NCBI RefSeq assembly: GCF_964355755.1
Contig: NC_092672.1
Coordinates: forward strand, 19,295,237-19,359,236
DNA length: 64,000 nucleotides
Source: Antedon mediterranea
Taxonomy: Eukaryota; Animalia; Echinodermata
Direction of reading: 5' to 3'
Part shown: positions 21,902 to 33,858 of the stretch, one piece after another
Layout: every line of letters starts with the position of its first letter
Position numbering within the stretch: position 1 is the stretch's first letter
Translations under genes and position numbers: made by a program
The notes under the pieces: model-generated
What the model saw: only the letters and a program-made list of their open reading frames with translations
Told to the model about the DNA's origin: nothing
Databases searched by the model: none

Positions 21902-24900
21902 AGATGTATTGTCCCCCTGAACAAATAATTTTTTACAATATTTTTGTTGAATAGGCCATTTTAATGACACATAAAAGTTATTCACTTTGAAATAAAATTT
22001 AATCGAAAAAAAAAAATATTTACCTGAGAAAATCGTAATTTAAAGTAAAAAATAGTCAACCGGAAGTCGGTTGGCTGGCAGCCAGCTGGCTTCCGGTTTA
22101 ATTTAACCCTTGACCTGAATTAGCTTATGAATTATGCATATTGTATGATTCTTGTGCGTGTATGTGACCTCTAGGTCATCACAAAAAAAAAATACGACGT
22201 GATATGGCGAGACGACGATGTGGGAAATTTCTGTAGTTTAACAACAAAAAAACAACTCCTATCTTGAAGAAAAGACTAGGGCTAAGCCCTAGCAGATTGG
22301 TAAGTAAGAACTGTAGTTTCTATGGTGCAGCTTTGTTAGTTAGTATAGGAAGCCTAGCTAGCCCATTACAGCTGTACTGGCTAGTGTACTATCCCCTATC
22401 TATTGGCTAGGCTTAGTAGTAGCTAGTCTCTAGCCTTAGTACTAGCCTAGGCCTAGTTGTAGGCCTGAGTGAGGGTTCACCCTGAGTGAGTAGTAGGCCT
22501 AGCTAATACTAATAGATACAACTTGTAAGCCTTATTAATAGTTATTGCCAACCTAGCTTTAAATAGGATTAGGCCTATAACATTCATCTGTGATCATGGA
22601 GTAAAGAATAAGGTTTTAGTAGTGTGAATTTTGACACCACCAACTCGTCTTATTTTTAGTATAATACTATAATAATAGTCCTTTATCATTATTCATATCA
22701 CTTTTCATTCATTTTTAAAACATTTAATTTTCTTTTCTATGTAGAGTGAGTTTGTGATTAAAAAAAATTATAAAAGAGCAGCGAAACTCAAAAAGCGAAA
22801 ACTTGTGAATGGCTGCCAAAAATAAAAAAATAAGGTCACCACCAGGGCCAGGAGAGATTATGGTGCTTGGTTTTTCCTTCATGATTAATTAGATTTTAAT
22901 GCTAATATAAATTTGTGAAAATTGTAACTAGGCCTACACTGTACATCCAACAATGTAATTATTTTAGAGAAAATGACCAAATAATCTTAAGTTAAATATT
23001 TTTTGGAATGAGTACTTTACAGTATACTTAGTACCGTTATGTTGAATAGACCATTTTGTAGTTATAATAAAGTTATTCACTTCGCCGAAAAAAAATCCGG
23101 AAAAAATATTGATTTCGCTTATAAAAAATCAAAATAAGTTTACCATTTTTTCGAACTCATAAGTTCAGAAATTCCAAAATAACGATGGTTAGCTAACAGC
23201 TCATATATGCATGATATGTTAATGAGTATCCAAACAGGGGAGATCCGATCTGTTCACCACGTAAACAAACATGTGCGAAGAACAGAAGAAAGTGCTGGGC
23301 TTTCCCTGATCGTATGATGTAAAAAGCTCTGCCGTTTAATTTGCTGGTAAGTAGAATTCTATTTTAGATGAATGACACATCCTCCTATAATAGTTTTTGG
23401 CGTATAGTTATAGGCTTAGCTATCTAGGCTAGGGCTATAATATAAGCCTACTTCTACTATCTAGTAAGGCCTAGGCCTAGTTAGTACTGTAGTTTACTAC
23501 TGTGTAGTGTAGTGTAGCAGCAGCTGTAGGCAGGCAGATAATCGGGTCAGAAAAGTAGACGGGAACCCACTTTGAGGCCTAGCTAGGTCCTATATATCGT
23601 ACTCACCTAGCTAAGCCATCACTCCACAACTAGCTACAGGAAATAGGCCTACTATCAGGGATGTCACCAGCTTTTTGGAGTGCCGGTCGGCAAATTTCCC
23701 GGGGGGGGGGGGGGGGGGTTGTCGTTATTTCAGCGAAACATAAAGAATTATGAAAATAAATAACAACAAATTGCGTCAGGTCTAGGCCTAACCATGTACC
23801 ACCGGGGAGTCGCCGTTATTATTCGCGAAAACAAAAAAAAACGCTCACGAAATGAATAGCAATAGATCGCGTCAGGCTTAGGCCTAGCCTTGTAGACACT
23901 ACGACCACTATAGGCCTAGCCAAGGCTTAGATAGATGCCCAAAACCCAAAATCTGAATTCCACAAAAACGGGCGCTTCTTTATTTAGGCCTAATCCCTAA
24001 TCAAATAATGTAGATAAATTATTACCCTAGACCTTACTACTTGTTGCTCGATATAATGTTCGTGTTCTTTTGCGCGAGAGTTTTTTAGCGTATTCGCGAA
24101 TTCCGGATTTTTTGTTTCACAACTGTGCGGCTAGCGTGTATGTAGTGCATGGCCGGCAAGAACAGAGACACGTGTTTATGGGTTAACTGAAGTTCAGCAA
24201 CCTGAAGTTATCCCAGGGACGTGTAATTATTGTACCATGCTCGGCGATCATAAACGAACGAACTTGCCCGGTCTCACTGAACCATGCGCATGTTTTTTTA
24301 TTTTTTTTTAATAGTTCGTAGAGTACAAAAATGTAAAACTAGTAACAACTAACATAATATAATTAAAGCAGGGTGACAAAACATTCAGCAATTAAAAATG
24401 ATTTTGTTTGGGTCTATGTAGTTGTACATTTTTAATTACTGCGTACTTGTTTGTATTTTTAATCTGTGCAAAATAAAACGCTTGAATGGTCGCTATGTGA
24501 ACTTTAAACTTGTACAGTGCTGTGTAGCACGTTGTTCGCCATGACTCACAAGCTGTAACAATGAATACCAGGGCAGGGCAGGGTAGGCCTGGTATTGTGT
24601 TACAAATAAAGTAACGTACGTAACCACGGAAACATTTGCTGTAGTCTTTTGTCTTATCTGTATGAGGCTAGCTTGTCTGTTATTAACGATGTGCTAGGTA
24701 AAATGTTTTAGTACGAATTTTAGTTAGGCCTAGGCCTAATATAAATATCGTAATGATTAATAAATAATAGTGGTGGTCGGCAGCCTGTAAATCCTGGTCG
24801 GAAATGTTGAGTGCTGGTCGGGGCCGACCAGCGTGGTGACATCCCTGTACTATGTTGATGTACCACTGATATACATTTGGAGCTCGAATTAATTTTAAAG

Positions 24901-26990
24901 TCTAAAAAAAGACTAACTGGTGACAAAAAACGAACATTTGGAAAATGATCAGCATACAGTACCAAAGAAGTTGACGGTAGAATAGATTGTTGTTGATAGC
25001 AACCAAAACGAAAACACTAGTAATTAGACTAGGCCTTTTTTAGGGAGGAGATGCACTTTTCAGGGATTCCTTACTGTACATTAGTACCCCAAATTGAAAC
25101 CTTCAGATTCATGTACAGAAATAATAATTATATGTATGCAATAAATTGTGAAATATTTAACTTTTCTATTTGACTTTTGTATTTATACATCATTGTGTTT
25201 CAATTTATAGACTTAAGCTAATGAAGACTGGAACAGAAGTTACACCCATACAGCATTTTAAAGGCAACTGGCAGTAGACTCGGTAGTGGAACACAAGATA
25301 AATATTGGATGACTATCATAAAGCATTAGGCAAATTGTGTTGGTTGTTTTCCAGCTTTTAAAATGTTGTATAGTTTTCATAATTCGAGCAATAACATTTG
25401 TATACAGCATTAAATAAATAAAAAATACTACTACAGTACATGAGATAAAATCACCATAATTGTAATGTGTGAAGATTTACAGTACAGTAAAAAATTAGTT
25501 AATTACTAGTATATTTCATTGAATTTCTGCATTATTGTTGACAATTTATTTTCAACTATTAATTGATGTGTTGATTGTGGCATTACAGCAATAGCTTGTC
25601 TTCTGTGATTGTTCATCCATTTTAAAGTGTCATAGTAAGAAACGTTCAAATAAATATTGTGAATGTTGCTACCACATTTTGTGTTGATTTCTTCACCATT
25701 TTCCACTACTTGCTCATATTGTTCATTCAAGTGTGTTAATACCTATTAAAAGAAAGACATTATTTATTAAAATATGTACATAAAAAGTTTAATTGTGTGA
25801 ATGTTGGTTTGAACGTTATTGCTTTGGAAGAATTTTCAACATAACGGTACTAAGTACTGTAAAGTACACATTCCAAAAAATATTTAACTTAGATTATTTG
25901 GTCATTTTCTCTAAAATAATAACATTATTGGATGTACAGTATAGGCCTAGTTACAATTTTCACAAATTTATATTAGCATTAAAATCTAATTAATCATGAA
26001 GGAAAAACCAAGCACCATAATCTCTCCTGGCCCTGGTGGTGACCTTATTTTCTACTTTTGGCAGCCATTCACAAGTTTTCGCTTTTTGAGTTTCGCTGCT
26101 CTTATGTATAATTTTTTTTAATCACAAACTCTACATAGAAAAGAAAATTAAATGTTTTAAAATGAATGAAAAGTGATATGAATAATGATAAATTAAAGAC
26201 TATTATTAATATTATAGTATTATACTAAAAATAAGACGAGTTGGTGGTGTCGAAATTCACACAAGTCACAATAAAACCATGGAGGTATAAAATATTTTAT
26301 TTTTATACCTCCATGCTAAAACCTTATTCCTTACTCCATGCTCACAGATGAATGTTATAGGCCTAATCCTATTTAAAGCTAGGTTGGCAATAACTATTAA
26401 TAAGGCTTACAAGTTGTATCTATTAGTATTAGCTAGGCCTGCTACTCACTCAGGCCTAGTACACTACTACTAGACTAGCTACTACTCTAGGCCTAGCCAA
26501 TAGATAGGGGATAGTACACTAGATAGCCAGTACAGCTGTAATGGGCTAGCTAGGCTTCTTATACTAACTAACAAAGCTGCACCATAGAAACTACAGTTCT
26601 TACTTACCAATCTGCTAGGGCCTAGCCATAGTCTTTTCTTCAAGTAGGAGTTTTTTTTTTTTTGTTAAACTACAGAACTTTCCCACATCGTCGTCTCGCC
26701 ATATCACGTCGTATTTTTTTTCTGATGACCTAGAGGTCACATACACGCACAAGAATCATACATACAATATGCATAATTCATAAGCTAATTCAGGTCAAGG
26801 GTTAAATTAAACCGGAAGCCAGCTGGCTGCCAGCCAACCGACTTCCGGTTGACTATTTTTTACTTTAAATTACGATTTTCTAAGGTAAATAATTTTTTTT
26901 TTGATCCAATTTTTTTTCAAAGTGAATAACTTTTATGTATCATTAAAATGGCCTTTAAAAAAAAAAATTGTTCAGGGGGACAATACATCT
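21902..26990. mobile_element. Non-autonomous Kolobok-type element with ~1.15-kb inverted arms
   Basis: TTAA TSD (21898-21901/26991-26994) and termini AGATGTATTGTCCCCCTGAA; 21902-23047 is inverted with 25833-26990. Confidence 0.9.
23656..24847. mobile_element. hAT-like non-autonomous element, 6-bp TSD
   Basis: TIR CAGGGATGTCACCA; flanks TACTAT/TACTAT. Confidence 0.8.
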
Positions 26991-27680
26991 TTAATTATCG
27001 ATGTAATTATATTTAAATGTTAGTGCCTGGTGATTGGCTAGTGGTTATGTCATCCACATCACATCCAATCACTGGGCCTAATTGACTGAAAACAGCGATC
27101 CCTGATCCGGGATGCGATTTTTTTTTTCGTACATAAGTTGGGGACCCCTCATGAAACGTCACAAAATAAACATGAATAATTCATCAGTTAAATTTTCTTG
27201 TTCCGTGTGCACCCAAGCGTATAGCAACAAGAAGTGATTACACACAAGTGCGGTACGATTCTAGGCCTATCTCCGCTGTTGTTGCGGCGTGCAATTTCAT
27301 AGAAGAATAGCGGCGTTTTGTGTGGATTGTCGAAATAATCAGCCTTTAGTTTATGGTGTTTTTAATATAATTTATTACTAAAGAATTACGTGTTAAAATT
27401 ATAGTTTCTATTAATACTATTAGGCCTAATTTAGTCTCTAAACCCATGTCTATTCTAGTAGTAGCTGTGTGGATGTGTGTGACGTGTGTGTGTTAGGTAT
27501 GACCAAAGATAGTGTAACTATCCGAGTAATAAGTCAGCAAAATTAAACAATAAACATTACACAAAAAAAAATTTTTTATTCTCGTGGGTCAAATCTTCCC
27601 ATCTCATGTGTTCATATGTCGCGCATTTTTAAAGTTCCTTTGAGTACATGCATATTTGTTTGATAATAAAAGCAGAATTA

Positions 27681-30239
27681 AACAAGGCCAACAGCCATTA
27701 AGTCGCGTGCTACAATGCATAGTGATACCGGACCGACAGACAGACAGACCGACAGACAGACAGACAGAGCGACCGACCGACATAGTGAACTATACTGACC
27801 GAAATTACTGAACATGTTTAAAAATGTTGAAATGTTTAAAAACATTTTTTTTTTTAAATTTACACGTGCGTAGCCTGTCACTTTCGATGTGCTCGTATAA
27901 CGTAATTTCGAGTTGAAAAGTAAGTCAAGAAAACAGAAATCGGGCAAAAAGAGTGCGCAATAACATTTAACGCGCAGTGCGCGCGCAAAAATATGCGCAC
28001 TCATGGCAATTTTGTAAACGCTTAAAATTGCCTGAAATGTACTCTTATTTCATCGAAAATAAATTTTGAAAATGTAAAGCGCGCGTACGCATGCGTTACA
28101 TGTGCTACGCACGTAATTGTATTGCCATATGATGATTTATGCCCTGAAATTTATGAGTACCAAATTTTATTTAATTGTGATTCATGGTTGTGAAGATTAT
28201 GATTAAAAACGTGATTTCGTTAAATCGTGCGTAGACCGCGTAATTTTTTATTGCGCACCGCAGGCCCGTATGCAGCATTTATAATGGGGGGGTGCGAGCG
28301 AAGCGAGCAACAATGGCTGGGGGCCAGGGGGCCGTCAAGGGCCCCCGGTCAGGGTCCAGGGGCCGAAGGCCCTGGAAAAATTTGCGTTATTTGACGTTCT
28401 AAAGACTGATGTAAGACTCTCTGTTGTGGCTTGGGCTAGTTGAACGATGGACACCAGAACTTAACGCTTTCATGATGAGGCCAACTCAGCAGGGGTGGCG
28501 CCAGGATCTTCCCGACGCGGGGGCTACATTCCCCGACGAGGGGGCTATGCGAGCGAAGCGATCATCACTAGGCTGAGGGCCAGGGGCCGCCAAGGGCCCC
28601 CGGTGGGGGTCCAGGGGGCGAAGCCCCCGGAAGCAACGCATTCTAGCGTCATTTGAGGTCTTTTTAATCAGATTTAGGGTAGCCATTTTTTCCATTTTTT
28701 ATAATGCATAAATAAAATACTGCGTGCAAAAAAACGATGCGCGATGACTGTTTCAATCCATATTTTTCAATTTAAAAAATAAAAGTTCAAAGAAAATTTT
28801 GAAAAATAGAGTTGGAGGTCCCGGAAATTGGACTTATTATACTTCAAAACATGAAAAAATATATATAAGTCCCTATCATGGGTTGTGACTGAGCTAAGAA
28901 ATGTTTGAAAAATAGAGATGTTAGGTCCCGGAAAATGTACTTCTTGTTCTTCGAAATATGACCAGCTTTATTGTTGGGGCTGAGCTAAGAAAATGTTTAA
29001 AACTAGAGCTGCAGGTCTTCAAAAAATTGCATTTTATACTTTGGAAACATCAGGCCTAGAGGCTTAAAAAACGCAAGCGTAGACCTTTTTCAGTCGGGGA
29101 AAAAGGTTTATTCCTCCCAGGTGTATGCATGCGTACCATCTGGACTTCCGAGTGGTGAGAAATTCATGACATACAGGATATTGAAAATGTAATAACTATA
29201 GCTATAATGTTGGCTAAGCGAAAATGGCATGTTTTTTTGTTTAGTAATGGATGAAAAATTTATTTTAGGTGCCCCACGGTACAGAAGGTTACTTGTAAAT
29301 TAAAAAATTGGTGAACAAACGAACAATTAACATAATTCGTTTTTGCTGTAGTGTAGCGTACGTCGACGCAGTACACGACGTAACCGTCGGTAAACTTCGC
29401 CTGGAAAATAACACATTACACATTTTGGTACCTGGATGAAACTTGATATCACGCGTCTCGACCCAACGTTGAACGATTCGTACAAAGGGATACCGCCAGA
29501 CAAGTGCGTACCTAGCTATTGTTTAGTAGTAAGTTAGATCGCTGGCAATAATGAATGCATATAAAGTGCATAATATCACTCTGACGTACTCTCACGGTCA
29601 ATGAAACGTCGCGGTTTTCTAGGCGCTGAAGCTAGCTACGAAGTGAACGCGAACGCTTTTTACTGTATATTATATTCCCCGACAAAAAGTACACGTGTTC
29701 CCTGACGTTAAGTTGTATTTCTCCAGCAAACACTTTACCGCGTACCGCGTACATGAAGCGCTAAGCTATTGCTTGTCGTCACATGATCGACTGCGCATGT
29801 TTTACATCGAGTTTGTAGTCAGTTCAGATTCCGTAATTTAATTACCGGTATTTTTTCATTTTATATTAGCATATTTTTGTTTGTATACCATTGATAATGT
29901 AAATTTTGTATATATATAATGATATTGTCTTTAGTTAAACAAGACAAGAAAAAATACCAACCGAGGAAATAGTGGACCTTTTGGGACTTGGGGGGGTGCG
30001 TCTGCACCCAACGCACCCCCCCTGGATACGGGCCTGCACCGTGAAAACATAACCACATTGATTCCTGGCCATAAGGAATATACTGTAAAAAATTGACCTA
30101 GCTAGATTAAACTGATATCAAGATAAGGTCAGAAAGCGATAAAACGCATAGTGATACCGGACCGACAGACAGACAGACCGACAGACAGACCGACCGACCG
30201 ACATAGTGAACTATAGAGTCGCTTCCACGCGACTAAAAA
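27681..30239. mobile_element. Helentron/DINE-like non-autonomous element, long form
   Basis: Same 5' end (aacaaggccaacagccat..agtcgcgtgc) and 3' hairpin (agtcgcttccacgcgact-aaaa) as 1502-1610; (GACA/GACC)n tracts near both ends. Confidence 0.7.
28261..30036. mobile_element. hAT-like element, 5-bp TSD
   Basis: TIR CAGGCCCGTAT; flanks CACCG/CACCG; a second CAGGGGTGGCGCCAGG end lies inside at ~28490. Confidence 0.78.
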
Positions 30240-31120
30240 TTACAGTACACAAATTATACACATTCTTTATTCTTGTGGGTCTAAGCTTTCTTTGGGCTAC
30301 GTCCAATGAATTACTACTTAGTTTAATGTCTTGCCTAGCTGTCGATTAGCCTCGACTCGACACATTTTGCATAGTGGTGTGTGTGTATGCCTACTGTAGA
30401 AAGTATCGTATCGCAGTTGTGTAATCACTTCTTGTTGCTATACGCTTGGGTGCACACGGAACAACAAATTTAACTGATGAATTATTCATGTTTATTTTGT
30501 GACGTTTCATGAGGGGTCCCCAACTTATGTACGAAAAAAAAAATCGCATCCGGGATTGGCTGGCTATGTATAGTTGTGATACGTTACCTAGCGGTCGGTT
30601 TGAAAAGTACACGCAGGGAAAACTTCGGGAAATCACGAAGTACCTATTATTATTCACACAAGAAGTAAGACAACGGTGAGTATATAGATCATGATTACAC
30701 GTTGTATCTACTACACTTAATATTAGCCTAGGCCTACGGTACCTAGGCAGTATGTATCAATGTCGGCAAATCATATCGTTTAATAGTAGGCCTAAGCTTA
30801 GAAGGCCTAGGCCTAGTATCCTTGCTGATTTTGTAATTTTACATGTATGTAGGCTGAGACAAGAAATAGTTATTGTCTCAGATGTAGGGCTACGACAGGT
30901 CATAAAATGCTACTTTATTGTCATAAAAACATTAGCGTAGATCAATCGCGGCAGAAACCTATACTAATTACAATTATAGCATCTACAATTCTAAGCCAAT
31001 AACAATAGTATTGTTTTTATCTGGTATAGCCTATTGATGAAGTAGGCCTACACTAGGGTCTTCACAATAACATACAAATTACAATGTAATTTAATAACTG
31101 TTTTCAATAAACATTATACT

Positions 31121-31303
31121 CAGTGGCGTGAGGCAGAGGCCTGAAGCCACTTGGTGAAACCTAAGTGGCCCTCCAAGTTTCAAAGATCGAGGCCTCGGAC
31201 GTTTTTAGCATTTTCGACATATGTTATGCCTGTTCCTCTGGGCACTGCTCATGGGCCCCACCCCAAGCTTCAGGGCCTTTGGGTTTAGCCAGTAACGCCA
31301 GTG
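31121..31303. mobile_element. hAT MITE
   Basis: Ends CAGTGGCGT...ACGCCAGTG; 8-bp TSD ATTATACT/ATTATACG. Confidence 0.75.
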
Positions 31304-32144
31304 ATTATACGGTTCAAATATGTATGAATACATACAATGCAACAAAGAACGCGCGAAAGAAGCGTAACCAACAAGGTTAAATGTCGTTGCACATGTGCAG
31401 TAAAAAAATATATTAGGCACGCGACCGTTTCGTCGTTACCATGCGGTTAATTAAACTGTAACATTGTGGGCGGTCCGCGGTCTGTCGGCGAGAGTCAAGG
31501 AACCCTTGATCTCACGTCGATGCATATCCTTCTATTCTTTAATCCATGAATGATGTGATGAGCTGTCAAATTAGAGGGAGGGGTAGTATTTAGGTTGGGT
31601 TTAAAGATGTATTGTCCCCCTGAAAATTTTTTTTTTTTTTTAAAGGCCATTTTAATGATACATAAAAGTTTGAAAAAAAATTGGATCCAAAAAAAAATTA
31701 TTTACCTAAGAAAATTGTAATTTAAAGTAAAAAATAGTCAACCGGAAGTCGGTTGGCTGGCAGCCAACCGACTTCCGGTTGATTTTAACCTTTGCCCTTG
31801 GATTTGCTCATGAATATGCATAATTGTTCAATTTCCCCATGCGGGGAAACACTTGATCAAAACTTATATTGCACTGCCGGCTGCCGGAGGAACAACAACC
31901 TCTCGCGCGCGGGGACAGAAAACATTCTTATATGGCGAGTCAGAAGGGTCAGAAGCGTCCTGGTGCTTTGGTCACAAATTCAGAAAAAAAGAGACGGAAA
32001 AGTAGGATAAATACCAATATCAATAATCGCAGAATACTGCTAAGTCCGGAAGTTTTTGTAAGATGGACAGCAGTTCAGGATTCAAACAATCTCGAGAGCA
32101 AGACTGAAGTTGCAACATTTTTACTCGATATGTGAGTATTCTGA

Positions 32145-33233
32145 CGGGTGTCACGAAAGCTCAGACCACGAAAGCTCAGACCCCCTAAGACCTAAGATCA
32201 CGAAAGCTAAGACCCAACACCTAAGATTACAAATATTTATCTTTCGCACCTGCCTTGTATTTTAACTCCCAACATTTATTCTGAATACCACACCTTAGAA
32301 TTGGCACTTTCATGAAAAAGAATCACATAAAAAGTAACAAATACATTTTTAAATTGATGATTTTACAGACGTTTTTCTCGCACACAAAATGACTAGCCTA
32401 CAGTACTACAGTAGGCCTACCCCATGTTCAATGTTTTTGTTTCTATGGAACGTCAAAAGAGCAAAAATTATATAGAGGGCTGAAAACTCTGTGGAGTCCA
32501 TCTACAGTGTGGATATAGAACAATGTAAAATTAAAAATAATTGTAATGATAATAGTATAATCATGCAAGTACGAAGAAATAAATACTGGCAAATAAATTT
32601 TAATTTAAAAATCATGAAAAATTTTTTTTCTTTCGTTTTCTTTCTGTTTTTATGCTTGTACTATAATATTGTTGCTCTTTTGGCGCTCCATTGAAACAAA
32701 AACATTGAGCATGGTGGGAGCTCGAGGAGTTACATTACAGTATACAAAGAAACACATATGTAAAATCATCAATTTAAAGGATTTATTTATTTGTTATTAT
32801 GTGTTTCTCCTTCTGAAAGTACTTATAAGTCCTAATTTTAAAGTGTGGTGTTCAGGATAAAGTTAGTCAACAAATTTGGAGTCAAAATACAAGAAAGGCA
32901 GGTGCGTAAGAAAAACATCCTCTGAACCAACACAATGGAGTAAATATATACCAACAAACAACCCGTCAAGTTTGTTTGTTGTAAAGAAAAAATATACATT
33001 TACTCAACGGGCGAAAATAATGTGAGTTTATCTATGTTTTGCGGTAGTATTAAATTATATTTATGGTAATAAATGAAACCTACTGTGTTTAAAATTATGT
33101 ATGGATAAACAAGTATTGTTTTTAATCTGTAGTATATCTTAGTATTTGTAATCTTAGGTGTTGGGTCTTAGCTTTCGTGATCTTAGGTCTTAGGGGGTCT
33201 GAGCTTTCGTGGTCTGAGCTTTCGTGACACCCG
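32145..33233. mobile_element. MITE in transposase intron 1 (Mutator-like if TSD is 10 bp)
   Basis: ~90-bp TIR (C)GGGTGTCACGAAAGCTCAGACC..; TSD TATTCTGA (8 bp) or GTATTCTGAC (10 bp). Confidence 0.88.
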
Positions 33234-33683
33234 TATTCTGACTGTCTGGGTGGTTGTGGGCCCAGGGCCGTCCGTCCTACCTCCTCCTAGGCTAGGCATA
33301 CTACTCTAGTAAAGTAGGCTAGCCCTTCTATTCTAACTGGGCCCTGGGGGCCTAACTCTTATTTATGATGAAATGCATGAAAAGTTCGCGATTAACAAAC
33401 TAATAACATATGTTAAATTATTTAGTATATAAATAAGATAGGTAGGCCTAGCTAGGCTAGGCCTATCTTATATAGGCCTAGGCCTACTCCACTCGTTATA
33501 GCTAGTCATGGAGCCTTCATAATATATTTATTAGCCATCATGCATGTCTATTCTAAATTCTACTAGGCCTGTCTATACAGTAATTATTAATACGATTATA
33601 GGTATGAAAAAACAAAGCAGTCAACGATGACAATGCCTTCTTCTAATGAAATGACTTCTACAACTAGTACTAGTAGGCCTTGT

Positions 33684-33858
33684 CAGGGAAAAATTTCATT
33701 TAAAAATTTTGTTTAGCAAAATTGCTAATCAAACTGATTGTTGAGTCGAGAAACATAGTTTTGTATTGCATTTTTTGCTACACAATTTGCGAAATGTGTA
33801 GCAAATAGGTTGTTTTGTATAGCTTTTTGCTATGCTACACTGGTGAAATTATTCCCTG
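33684..33858. mobile_element. 175-bp MITE, 5-bp TSD, inside transposase exon 2
   Basis: TIR CAGGGAA(A/T)AATTTCA; flanks CTTGT/CTTGT. Confidence 0.8.

Larger units (their letters stand above)
27107..30554. mobile_element. TIR element (EnSpm/CMC-like), ~140-bp TIRs, possible 2-bp TSD AT
   Basis: 27107-27243 is the reverse complement of 30419-30554; ends CC(C/G)GGATGCG. Confidence 0.7.
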
